IMG/VR virus record: IMGVR_UViG_3300031466_000074
Length of the DNA stretch: 64,000 nucleotides
Source: a virus
Strand: one strand, 5' to 3'
Each line of letters starts with the position of its first letter. The stretch's first letter is position 1. Shown piece by piece: positions 47,601 to 56,658 of the stretch. The notes beneath the pieces are model-generated. The model saw only the letters and a list, made by a program, of their open reading frames with translations, was not told the DNA's origin and did not search any database. The position numbers and the translations under genes are program-made.

Positions 47601-49319
47601 TTAAGATTTCTTATTCTGACTGAGCGCGTTTTTCGTACTGAGAGTGTTACCATTCACCTTGACGTTCTGTACCCGCGTATAATTGACAACTTTCCAAGTA
47701 CCATTACGGTTCACCAAGTCGACCAAAGCCTCAGTGTCATAAGTGCCTTGCGAAGTCTCAAAAATCTCACGAACCCGGACGCTGACAAAGACGTTCGTTT
47801 TCGTTTCCCACGCCACGATGTAGTTCGTCTTTTGATGGCTATCCTTAATAGCGGTAACGTATTCCGAGATCTTCAGCAACGTAGGTTGCGATACCCCGAT
47901 GTCTACAACGTTGGTAAAGGCGTCGGTGTCAACCTTCGCTTCAAAGACAACTTGCATGAAGTCCCGAAGGGCATTTTCGACCTTGGTTTTATTCGTCTCA
48001 GTGAAAGCCGTATTCGAGAACTGGATCAAATCCGAAATACCACTGACATTCTTTATGACCGAAACAGGCTCACCAGTCAAGGTAGAGCTAACCAAATTAA
48101 CACTCTTTACGCGGATCTTATCATCATTACCGAGTGCCATGCGATAGATAAGCGTCTCTTCATAAGTCGGCAACGACATATTAGCCCCACGCGCACGAAT
48201 CTTATACACGCGATTAACTTGAACCACAACAGTATTATCATTACTCCGCTGGAGGGTCTTGAAATTATACCCGCCAATGCTGAGATAAGTGTAGTTGTGG
48301 ATATCCTGATAATACTTATCAATATTGGCGAAATTGTCATGCAGAGAATACAAACCGACGTAATTGGTTTCCTCAACCGCTTTATGGTAAGAGTTAATGG
48401 TTTCATCGATAAAAGGCTTCAAAACCTCTACCCCATAATCCTGCGAGGATTCATAGCTCTTCAGAAGATCCTCCGCATTATTGACCTTATAATCCTTGAG
48501 GTAAAGGGCTTCTACCCCCAGATCTGTGACTTCCCCGAGATTGAACTTGTACGCGAAGATATACCGAATGGTCATTTTCGCCCCGCGTTCAAAACGATCC
48601 TCCGATACCAAACCACCATAGGTGAGCTTCCCGATACCGGGAATGTCTCGCATGGTTTGCGTTCGTTTCAACAGAGAAATTCCCTGTTGTTCCTCCATAA
48701 TACTATCAATACTCCCCCACGTCCGCTCAAACTCCGCTTTTATCGCCTCAGATTGTTCGGGGAGCATATTCCGTTTACTGTTCAAATACGAGATATAATC
48801 AGAATAACGCTGACTCTTCAGATGCTCCTCATCCGGCGCACCGAGCGGAATGCGGCTAGAAGGAACTACCGCCTTCAAATTCGAAGTCGTTTTATACGTC
48901 ACATCAACAAAGAAGAAACGTGTCGCCGGGTCAAAACCAACGATATCCGTCGATTCATACTCCCAAGTATATGCAGTACGTGCGAACTCAGTCAAAAGAT
49001 AATTGGCATACTCTTCAGTCAAATACTTACTCGTTCCATTCATCAAATCCGAGTTGATACGAGAAACAAGTGTATTGATCGCAGAACGGTCTTGATTCGT
49101 AACCTCAATGAGATTGTCACGATCCACCATGATCATATCACTGACATACCGATAAATCAAACCTTCTCGCTCATTCGTTGTCAGCTTTGCCAACCGATTA
49201 CCCGCGACCTCTTCCAGTGTCAAAGGAGCGATCTCCTTAACACTATTACCCCCTCCACACGCCGACAAAAGCAGGGCTACCGCCAAAGAAACACTCAATA
49301 CTTTACCAAACTTACGCAT
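47601..49319 (-). CDS. Large lipoprotein, probable repeated NTF2/VirB8-like domains of the transfer apparatus
   Basis: Lipobox LLSA|C; repeated helix-then-beta-meander pattern ending DLVNRNGTWKVVNY. Confidence 0.65.
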   Translation of the reverse strand: MRKFGKVLSVSLAVALLLSACGGGNSVKEIAPLTLEEVAGNRLAKLTTNEREGLIYRYVSDMIMVDRDNLIEVTNQDRSAINTLVSRINSDLMNGTSKYLTEEYANYLLTEFARTAYTWEYESTDIVGFDPATRFFFVDVTYKTTSNLKAVVPSSRIPLGAPDEEHLKSQRYSDYISYLNSKRNMLPEQSEAIKAEFERTWGSIDSIMEEQQGISLLKRTQTMRDIPGIGKLTYGGLVSEDRFERGAKMTIRYIFAYKFNLGEVTDLGVEALYLKDYKVNNAEDLLKSYESSQDYGVEVLKPFIDETINSYHKAVEETNYVGLYSLHDNFANIDKYYQDIHNYTYLSIGGYNFKTLQRSNDNTVVVQVNRVYKIRARGANMSLPTYEETLIYRMALGNDDKIRVKSVNLVSSTLTGEPVSVIKNVSGISDLIQFSNTAFTETNKTKVENALRDFMQVVFEAKVDTDAFTNVVDIGVSQPTLLKISEYVTAIKDSHQKTNYIVAWETKTNVFVSVRVREIFETSQGTYDTEALVDLVNRNGTWKVVNYTRVQNVKVNGNTLSTKNALSQNKKS

Positions 49320-49330
49320 TACGACACCAC

Positions 49331-50479
49331 CTAAATCGTAATTTTATCCCCTCGGAAGAACAGACGATTCGCCGCAACTTCCGCGTTGATTTGCTCCTTC
49401 GTGAAGAACTTCAAAAGGATCACTTTGCTTCGAATATGCTTATTGGTACGCAGAAACTCACGAATTGTCATCATTGGGTTAAAAACTGCATTATACTCAG
49501 ACAAGTCCACCTCTCCAGCATGGGTTTTAACCACCATAGGAGAAACGGAAAAAGAAGTACCCCCTGTCGACGCTGGGCTGACCTCCTTCTCCACCACCGG
49601 AGCGCTTGTAGCAAACGGAGCTTCTGACACAGAAGACTTGTTACCAGATACGAAAGGAACCACATTCGATGATTTCTGAACAGGAGTTGGCGAAGGAGTT
49701 ACTGACTCTACTGGACGAGCCGTGGATTGTGGTGCCGGAACAGAAACATCCTCCTCTTCGCCCTCGTCGGAGTCAGCAGGAAAGTCCTCCTCTTCCTGAT
49801 CGAAGTCAGAAAAGTCCTCATTGTCCTCGTCGCCTTCAAAATCGGATAGATCATCTTCCACATCGTCATCCGGGAAGTCGTCATCTTCCGGGTAGTCATC
49901 CTCTTCCGGGTAGTCATCCTCTTCCGGGTAGTCATCCTCTTCCGGGTAGTCATCCTCTTCCGGGTAGTCATCCTCTTCCGGATAGTCGTCCTCCTCCTCC
50001 GGATAGTCTTCCTCTTCTGGGTAGTCGTCCTCTTCCTCATCGAAGTCTGAAAGACCGTCCTCCTCTTCCTCGTCCGGGTAATCCTCGTCCTCGGCAGGGT
50101 AGTCGTCCTCTTCATCAGCAAACTCATCGTCATCCTCTTCCGGATAGTCGTCCTCAGAGAACTCCTCGTCCTCTTCGTCAGAAAACTCCTCGTCGCCCTC
50201 GTCCTCTTCATCAAAAAGTTCCTCGTCGCCCTCGTCGAAGGAGTCGTTCTCTTCCGGGTAGCCCTCTAATTCATCGGAACCCGCATCATCTTCAGATACC
50301 CCCGAATTGGTGCCCGTAGATGAAGTGAAAGGCTGAGTCAACTTCGAATAAGGATAGACAGAAGAAAGAGCCGGAGTAGCGGTTGACTCCGGCTCCGCCA
50401 CAGACTCAGACGCGGGTGCCTTTTTTCCTTGCACCAAAGAAAGAAAAGCTGAGCGCGTCAATTCATTCGACATGGGCAA
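49331..50479 (-). CDS. Highly acidic protein with YPEEDD repeats and a small folded C-terminal domain
   Basis: About 200-aa D/E tract; C-terminal MTIREFLRTNKHIR...FFRGDKITI. Confidence 0.8.
   Translation of the reverse strand: MPMSNELTRSAFLSLVQGKKAPASESVAEPESTATPALSSVYPYSKLTQPFTSSTGTNSGVSEDDAGSDELEGYPEENDSFDEGDEELFDEEDEGDEEFSDEEDEEFSEDDYPEEDDDEFADEEDDYPAEDEDYPDEEEEDGLSDFDEEEDDYPEEEDYPEEEDDYPEEDDYPEEDDYPEEDDYPEEDDYPEEDDYPEDDDFPDDDVEDDLSDFEGDEDNEDFSDFDQEEEDFPADSDEGEEEDVSVPAPQSTARPVESVTPSPTPVQKSSNVVPFVSGNKSSVSEAPFATSAPVVEKEVSPASTGGTSFSVSPMVVKTHAGEVDLSEYNAVFNPMMTIREFLRTNKHIRSKVILLKFFTKEQINAEVAANRLFFRGDKITI
49884..49991. repeat. 18-bp tandem repeat TCTTCCGGGTAGTCATCC (5 perfect copies + 1 near-perfect), encoding YPEEDD
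   Basis: Read directly; degenerate copies continue to about 50160. Confidence 0.95.
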
Positions 50480-50495
50480 ATACCCCCTTATACGC

Positions 50496-52928
50496 TTAAT
50501 CGTCCAACAAGTCTAACCCATCACCCTGTAACTCCGCAAGAAGCTCAGAGCGCTCTTGATCCGTAAGCCGCACCCGACCCGTCGTTTTCGTAGAAGCCTC
50601 ATTGACAGGAGCGAAAGAGATATCCGTTTTCGGACGGGCTACCTCCGCACTAGCCATTTCATTCAACGATGCCTCATAGTACGAACCCTTCAAAGAATCG
50701 GGATCGACTTTTGACCAGAACTTGAACAAGAAATCGAAGATCGCCGCCGTTTCATCATTGGTTTTCGCCAGCACCGCCGCATGCACGAATTGTGCTTCAC
50801 CACTCTTAAAGGATACCGCCATATCCCCCGGATGAACAAGACTATGCTCGAATTTGCGTACCCCCAAGGTGTCTTCAATATGCTCTGCCGAACCGCGAAC
50901 CGAAATACGGCAAGTAATAAGAGCAGTAATGCTCTTCTTGATGAACTCGTTTTTCACAAGGTGCGGAATCATAATAATTCTGATCCCTAAAGCTGGCAGA
51001 CGCGAAACCAGTTCCATGATAAGACCCTGAAACTCATCTTTTGTTTCCTTGTCCATACGCTCAGACAGAGAAACAATCTCGTCAATGATGACGTACAGAA
51101 GCGGCATCTTTTTGTCTGGGTTTGCCTTATTGTAATCGAAGATGTTCACACAACCCGCATCCGCCAAAACCTTCGTTCTCCGCGCACCCTCGACCCGAAC
51201 AACATGCCGAAGGGTGCGAATGATATCCGCATCATCCGAAACAAACTTACGCACATGCGGAACCTTGATCTTTTTGAAATCCGAGATCCCTTCTTTCGGG
51301 TCGCAAATATAAAAATGCAACTCCGAAGGAGAAAGGAAAGTCATCATTTGCGCCAGCATCGACAAGACCAACCAAGTCTTACCGGAACGTGGCATCCCGG
51401 TTACCAGCAAAGACTCAATGTTTTTGATATCCCTCCAAATTTCGTTCCCTTTATCATCTACCCCGAAGACAACCGGGATCATATTGTCTAGATTAAGGAT
51501 TTCCTTGCTGATATTTTGGTACAAGTCACGAACCGAAACCATCGCAGTTTCGCCCTTCATGATCGTAATATTGATGTTATTCCCGACCTGTACCCCGAAC
51601 CCGTACACCAAGTCATTCAGGCGAGCCGTCGTTTCATCGAAGCTGTAAATATTGGTGATCTCTGTCACAAACTGATTGACATTCTTAATCCAAGGAACCC
51701 GCTTGACCACCAAACGATAGAAAAACAACCGCTCCTCCGCCTTAATAAGATACGGCATTTCCACGTCGGAACCTTTCGGCTTAAGGATATTTGCAGACTG
51801 TTGTACCACCGCATCCCAAGCATCAAACTCCGCTCCCGTTATTTCCCGTACTTTATTGTAATCCCGGCGAATATAAGGGTACATTGACACGATGTTTTCA
51901 TAAAGATACTGACGAGTTAGCAGTTTATTCCCCTCTTGAACCTGACTCAAAATTTTATCCTGATCCGCATCGGAAAGTGGAGAATACCCCGTGCCCCCGA
52001 GAGCAGAGAATTCCAACTCTTCGCTGGAACCCCACTCACTCGCAGAGAAAGACGTATCGAATGACTCCTCTTCTTCGAAGTCATCCTCAAACGGTTCTTC
52101 CTCATCACCAAAAGAATCCAATTCCTCGCCCCAACCATCACTTTCAGTACCCCAACCATCATCCGACCCACCACCGCCGAAAGGATCGGAGAAGCTATCA
52201 GGCTGTGCAAAAGGATCAGCTTGTGCATCTCCAAAAGCATCCGGTTGCGATTCTGGTTGAAACGCTTCCGGGTTGGCGCTTACCTTCTCGTAACAGGACA
52301 TAAAGATCATAAGCCCAATACCCCCGGAAGCCAACCCGGAAACGATGAGCGAAAGTCCAAGAGATTTGGTAGATGCGAAGATAAGGAACAAACAACCCGA
52401 AAGAAATGCCACAATACTGATAATGAGCTGAGTCCGACCCATAACCATATAACTCAAGGTGTTCATCGACTTGAAAGAATTAACAAACTCCGAAGCAAAG
52501 GTGAAAAACCCCTTCATAACCCCTTTGGCAGTATCCCACAAAGCATCCTCTATTTTGGAAGACTGCCCCTGTTGCCCTTGCGGTTGCCCCCAAGCCGATT
52601 GTCCCGTGTCAAAAGAACCAAAACCACCCCAAGCAGAGCCACCGCCAAACGGTGTCGAAGCGCCGCCACCAAACAGATTCGCACCGCCACCGAAGGGATC
52701 ACTACCCCCTCCTACAGAGCCAGCACCACCAGCGCCGCCACCAAAACCTCCAAAAGAGGAACCCCAAGCGTCACCGCCACCCATACCTTCACCTCCCGCA
52801 AAGGTCGACGCATCGTCGAACCCCCAATCGTCCATTCCTGGCTCGGCGGCAGGAGGATTCATTTGCCGTTCCCGCTCAATTCGAGCATTATTCATGTCCT
52901 CTTTACTGACCTTGTCCATAATACCCAT
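50496..52928 (-). CDS. FtsK/SpoIIIE-domain membrane ATPase (TcpA-like coupling protein candidate)
   Basis: G/F/W-rich N-terminus, two TM helices, acidic linker, LLVTGMPRSGKT, FYICDPK, VIIDEI, ALGIRII. Confidence 0.85.
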   Translation of the reverse strand: MGIMDKVSKEDMNNARIERERQMNPPAAEPGMDDWGFDDASTFAGGEGMGGGDAWGSSFGGFGGGAGGAGSVGGGSDPFGGGANLFGGGASTPFGGGSAWGGFGSFDTGQSAWGQPQGQQGQSSKIEDALWDTAKGVMKGFFTFASEFVNSFKSMNTLSYMVMGRTQLIISIVAFLSGCLFLIFASTKSLGLSLIVSGLASGGIGLMIFMSCYEKVSANPEAFQPESQPDAFGDAQADPFAQPDSFSDPFGGGGSDDGWGTESDGWGEELDSFGDEEEPFEDDFEEEESFDTSFSASEWGSSEELEFSALGGTGYSPLSDADQDKILSQVQEGNKLLTRQYLYENIVSMYPYIRRDYNKVREITGAEFDAWDAVVQQSANILKPKGSDVEMPYLIKAEERLFFYRLVVKRVPWIKNVNQFVTEITNIYSFDETTARLNDLVYGFGVQVGNNINITIMKGETAMVSVRDLYQNISKEILNLDNMIPVVFGVDDKGNEIWRDIKNIESLLVTGMPRSGKTWLVLSMLAQMMTFLSPSELHFYICDPKEGISDFKKIKVPHVRKFVSDDADIIRTLRHVVRVEGARRTKVLADAGCVNIFDYNKANPDKKMPLLYVIIDEIVSLSERMDKETKDEFQGLIMELVSRLPALGIRIIMIPHLVKNEFIKKSITALITCRISVRGSAEHIEDTLGVRKFEHSLVHPGDMAVSFKSGEAQFVHAAVLAKTNDETAAIFDFLFKFWSKVDPDSLKGSYYEASLNEMASAEVARPKTDISFAPVNEASTKTTGRVRLTDQERSELLAELQGDGLDLLDD

Positions 52929-52943
52929 TTAGAACCCTCCTTC

Positions 52944-53081
52944 CTAGAGAAACGAGAATAGCACAATCAAAACACACAGAACGAAAAAGGTGATATAAAA
53001 AGACGTCTTCGTCTCCTCCTTAATCGGAGATGCCACCACATACGACAGTAAAGTGAACATCAAGATGAAGAACAAGACCAT
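52944..53081 (-). CDS. 45-aa two-TM membrane microprotein missed by the ORF track
   Basis: RBS GGGGAGGGGG; MVLFFILMFTLLSYVVASPIKEETKTSFYITFFVLCVLIVLFSFL fills the virB4-ftsK gap exactly. Confidence 0.75.
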   Translation of the reverse strand: MVLFFILMFTLLSYVVASPIKEETKTSFYITFFVLCVLIVLFSFL

Positions 53082-53084
53082 AAA

Positions 53085-55148
53085 TCAATCCCCCTCCCCC
53101 TGTGAAACAGGGTCGTCCTTCGACTTCGGTGTACTTACCCCCGTCTTATACAGTTTGGAGGATCGAATTTCTGGTGGATTCATGATCTTCACCACACTAT
53201 ACTTACTCCGGTCAAGACCCGCAAGGAATGCAAAAGTCAAAGGATCTTCCGCAGAATCGTCCTCCGTACCATAATCCTCCGCATCGTCAGGTTTCTTTGC
53301 TTTAGCGATAGCGTCCAAGTCATCAAGCATATGTTCAATAGAAAGACGCCTACTCAACTCCGCCCGAACATTTCGGTCAGAAATAGCTCCAATGAGGAAT
53401 GAAGTAATGTTCCCCAAGATAGCGAAACGATCAGCTTTAAGCAAATCCGCCACGTTGTTGGTGATAATAAAGTTAATATCCCCCAACTTACGACCACCTG
53501 TTACAGCAACCCCGATAGTCTTGTCAGAGCCGGGGAAATTACCCCAACGTTGAAATTCCTCCCAGACTTTGAAGTTGTAAAGCCCTTGCATATAGGAGAA
53601 CAACGAACGTTGGTGAGAGATTTGCGCCGCCCCCAACTGCATAAGCGCCAACTGCACCGGGTCAACCGATTGTTCTGACTTACCCGCCATCCCGAACGAA
53701 CAAACAACCAGACGGGCATCGATAATGTCTGAAATATTTACTCGCTCCCGGAACAAGGAACGCCGAAGTCCGAGAGGGGAAAAATATCGATCTAAAACCG
53801 CGATAGCTTGCTCCAAAGCGTCCAAGTATTCATCATTATTCCGATACTCACTCTCTTGAAGCTGATAGAACTTACGATAGACATCAAACAAAGTAAGCCC
53901 CTTAGACTTATACCAAGTCGACTTGTCATCCGTTACCCCTGCATCAGCATAGGTCTGAGACACCGCATCGTTAATAGCGATATCCAACCAACCATTGTTA
54001 TCCGGCAAACCTGAAAGTAACGTCCTAAAGTACGCCAATGTAAAATTGGTAGCGAACGTTTTCGCCGCATCATCAATCTCCGGCAAACCAACAGGCTCTG
54101 GAATTTCCAATGGATCGATATAACGTCCGGTACCTTCCGCCATGTTAATTGTCAAAACCTTATAGTCGTTACTGAGGAAATTGGCGATAGGTGCATACTC
54201 CAGACCTTCGACGTCCATAATCGTTCCGTTTACCCCGTGCGCGATAAGCTGAAGCAGAATATCCTTTACAAAGTTCGACTTACCGCCACCCGTTTCCGCT
54301 GTAATAAGCCAAACCTCAGCCGCGTCATCCCGCGCTTTGAAACGCTTCAATACCGGGTATAACGAATAAACGTCCGAACCAACATACACCCCCAGCGCTC
54401 CGAGCGTTCCCTGATCGTAGGTGTTGAAACGGGAAGCAACCTCGTCCGTAATAACCAACTCGGGAATAATCGCCATAGACTCCTTCGTAAACATCCGTTT
54501 GTACGGGCTGAAATGCCCAATAACATCCGGGATATCATAAAGGACACGCTCCATGTTCAAACCCAAGTCCGAGGTCACCTTTTCAATACTCCGAACACTG
54601 ATATCAAGGTCTTCCCCACGATCTCCCAACACCATCATAAGCATAGAAAGACGAAAAAGGGATCGCCCTCTCCGCACACTCGCCAAGGAAAGATAAGAGA
54701 GGGAATCCCGTATCCAAGCTTGCTTGTCCATCGTACCAATAATGCTATGCAGGTTAAAAGCATTGACTTCCTTATTCTGCCGCTCCTCATCAACCCGAGA
54801 AAGGACACGCAAACGGTTCTTCATCTCCGTAGAATTCCAGTTGATCATGTGGGGCTTAAAAGTAGTGATAAAATTCACCCGTACCCCCTGTCGACAACAG
54901 CTACGAATGATTTCCTTAAAGTCCGCAAGCAAATGACGGGGAAAAGACTTAAGAACGTAGTAATACACCATTTTCTCCCCATCATAAGACGCGACGAAGT
55001 CCACCCCGACTTTGTCCGGAACGTGAGGTAACTCACGCCCGAACGCCGAGTTGTTCTTCGTCTTCGCGGCAAAATACATATCGTCATAGAGGGAGATTGT
55101 CTCCCTCCAATACTTCCTGAAACCACCTTTACCCCAAAGCCCCAACAT
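53085..55148 (-). CDS. VirB4-like (TcpF/ConE-type) conjugation ATPase
   Basis: ITAETGGGKS (Walker A), IMDVEGLEY, YIDPLEI, KVWEEFQRW (Walker B), GRKLG. Confidence 0.85.
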   Translation of the reverse strand: MLGLWGKGGFRKYWRETISLYDDMYFAAKTKNNSAFGRELPHVPDKVGVDFVASYDGEKMVYYYVLKSFPRHLLADFKEIIRSCCRQGVRVNFITTFKPHMINWNSTEMKNRLRVLSRVDEERQNKEVNAFNLHSIIGTMDKQAWIRDSLSYLSLASVRRGRSLFRLSMLMMVLGDRGEDLDISVRSIEKVTSDLGLNMERVLYDIPDVIGHFSPYKRMFTKESMAIIPELVITDEVASRFNTYDQGTLGALGVYVGSDVYSLYPVLKRFKARDDAAEVWLITAETGGGKSNFVKDILLQLIAHGVNGTIMDVEGLEYAPIANFLSNDYKVLTINMAEGTGRYIDPLEIPEPVGLPEIDDAAKTFATNFTLAYFRTLLSGLPDNNGWLDIAINDAVSQTYADAGVTDDKSTWYKSKGLTLFDVYRKFYQLQESEYRNNDEYLDALEQAIAVLDRYFSPLGLRRSLFRERVNISDIIDARLVVCSFGMAGKSEQSVDPVQLALMQLGAAQISHQRSLFSYMQGLYNFKVWEEFQRWGNFPGSDKTIGVAVTGGRKLGDINFIITNNVADLLKADRFAILGNITSFLIGAISDRNVRAELSRRLSIEHMLDDLDAIAKAKKPDDAEDYGTEDDSAEDPLTFAFLAGLDRSKYSVVKIMNPPEIRSSKLYKTGVSTPKSKDDPVSQGEGD

Positions 55149-55151
55149 GTG

Positions 55152-56645
55152 TTAATCACTCCCGAAAATATGACTTCTAATCAACTCAAACATATTTCGA
55201 TGCTTATTCATAAACGCATTGACTCGTTCCGCTTCCGATGCAGGTTCTCCTCCGGGACGATACCACTCATTGACGTGCATGACCTTAATTACCCCACTCT
55301 TCGCAGTCAAAGAGCGAATGTAATGCGTCTCGGGAATAGACGAATCCGGGATGCCCTGACCGCGAGTTACCCCAAAACGCGTCATACGGGAACCTTTCAA
55401 GAGCTGATCCCCCATCAAATAGTCTACAACAATATACAGATTCACGTTGGGCTGTTGGAAGAACAAGTCGAGAACGCGCTTATAAGGCTCATAAGTGATA
55501 TAATAGTCAGACTCCTTCAGCACACTTTCAATCGTTGCTACCCCCGAACTGGAGAGAAGCGGAAGATGCTTGTACCGCTCCGTATACTTTTTAAGTTGCG
55601 GGTAGACAAAGAGAAGTTTACTGTTGACCCGCTTAGTTGCTTCGTATTTCAACCAACGCTGGAACATAATCATGAAAGTGTTGAGGTAGTTGATAGGTGA
55701 AAAGACCTCAACATACATGACATGCGGGGTCGTAACCGGAATCATAACCGTAGGAAAGAGGAAAGTGGTGCTAGTGACGTTCTTCTGTTGCTCCAACCGA
55801 AGCTGTTTCTCCATTTCCTCCTTAGCTTCCTTCTCCAACCGAAGCTTCAGTTCCAGTTCACGAAGTCTAGCCTCATATTCCCTGAGTTTCTCTTCACTAG
55901 GAGCCAGCTTATCATGTGCCTCCTGCAACTGCCCCTTGACCTCGGCAAGTTCTTTATCCTTCTCCGAGAGCTGAGTTTCATATTCCTTGATGGTTTGCGA
56001 AAGCTCCAAGTGACTGGACTGCAAAGAGGAAATCTCCTCCCCATAATGGGAGTCGAGCTTTTGCACCTCTTCCTGTGCTTCAAGCAGGGTATTGTAAACC
56101 TGCTTGTACTGATCCTTTAACCTATCGAGCATGACCTTAGCTTCACTTAAAGCATGAACAACCCGCTGATTGGAGTTTGAAGCTACAGTCAAGGCTTCAG
56201 TGATGTTATCGAGAGCCAAGTTAACCTTGCGGGCGATCAGCTCATTCCGTTTAGAGGAATCGTTACCCCCAACCGTGGAGATAAACTTGCGAAGTACCGA
56301 AATGTCCTCCGTAAAGTTGTTCAAGGGGATACCGTAGTTCCCATAGTCTGCGATAAGTTCGTCCAACAAAGACTTGTCATAAAGAGCGTCCTCATAGTCA
56401 TGAAAATCCGCAGAAAGTGCTGAAAAGATAACCAAAAGCAAGGGTTCAAAGACCTTGTTGATATACAGAATCTTCAAACCCTTACCTTTAAGCCCACTCA
56501 AATACATCGCTATGTTAACGTCCGAATCAACAGACGAGTGATATACCAAACAATCGATAGACTCGATATCCTCTGGCAGTTCTGTCAGAGATTTAACACA
56601 GTTTACCCCCTCAAGGGTTACCGTCGCACTGACGAGATGCACCAT
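55152..56645 (-). CDS. Coiled-coil protein with receiver-like N-terminus
   Basis: 497 aa with a long central heptad region; operonic with virB4. Confidence 0.7.
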   Translation of the reverse strand: MVHLVSATVTLEGVNCVKSLTELPEDIESIDCLVYHSSVDSDVNIAMYLSGLKGKGLKILYINKVFEPLLLVIFSALSADFHDYEDALYDKSLLDELIADYGNYGIPLNNFTEDISVLRKFISTVGGNDSSKRNELIARKVNLALDNITEALTVASNSNQRVVHALSEAKVMLDRLKDQYKQVYNTLLEAQEEVQKLDSHYGEEISSLQSSHLELSQTIKEYETQLSEKDKELAEVKGQLQEAHDKLAPSEEKLREYEARLRELELKLRLEKEAKEEMEKQLRLEQQKNVTSTTFLFPTVMIPVTTPHVMYVEVFSPINYLNTFMIMFQRWLKYEATKRVNSKLLFVYPQLKKYTERYKHLPLLSSSGVATIESVLKESDYYITYEPYKRVLDLFFQQPNVNLYIVVDYLMGDQLLKGSRMTRFGVTRGQGIPDSSIPETHYIRSLTAKSGVIKVMHVNEWYRPGGEPASEAERVNAFMNKHRNMFELIRSHIFGSD

Positions 56646-56658
56646 TTTATCGCCACCC

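Noticed and set aside
49860-50160. CRISPR-like appearance of the 18-bp repeats
   Set aside because: The repeats are directly adjacent with no spacers and are in-frame codons for YPEEDD; no cas genes are present.
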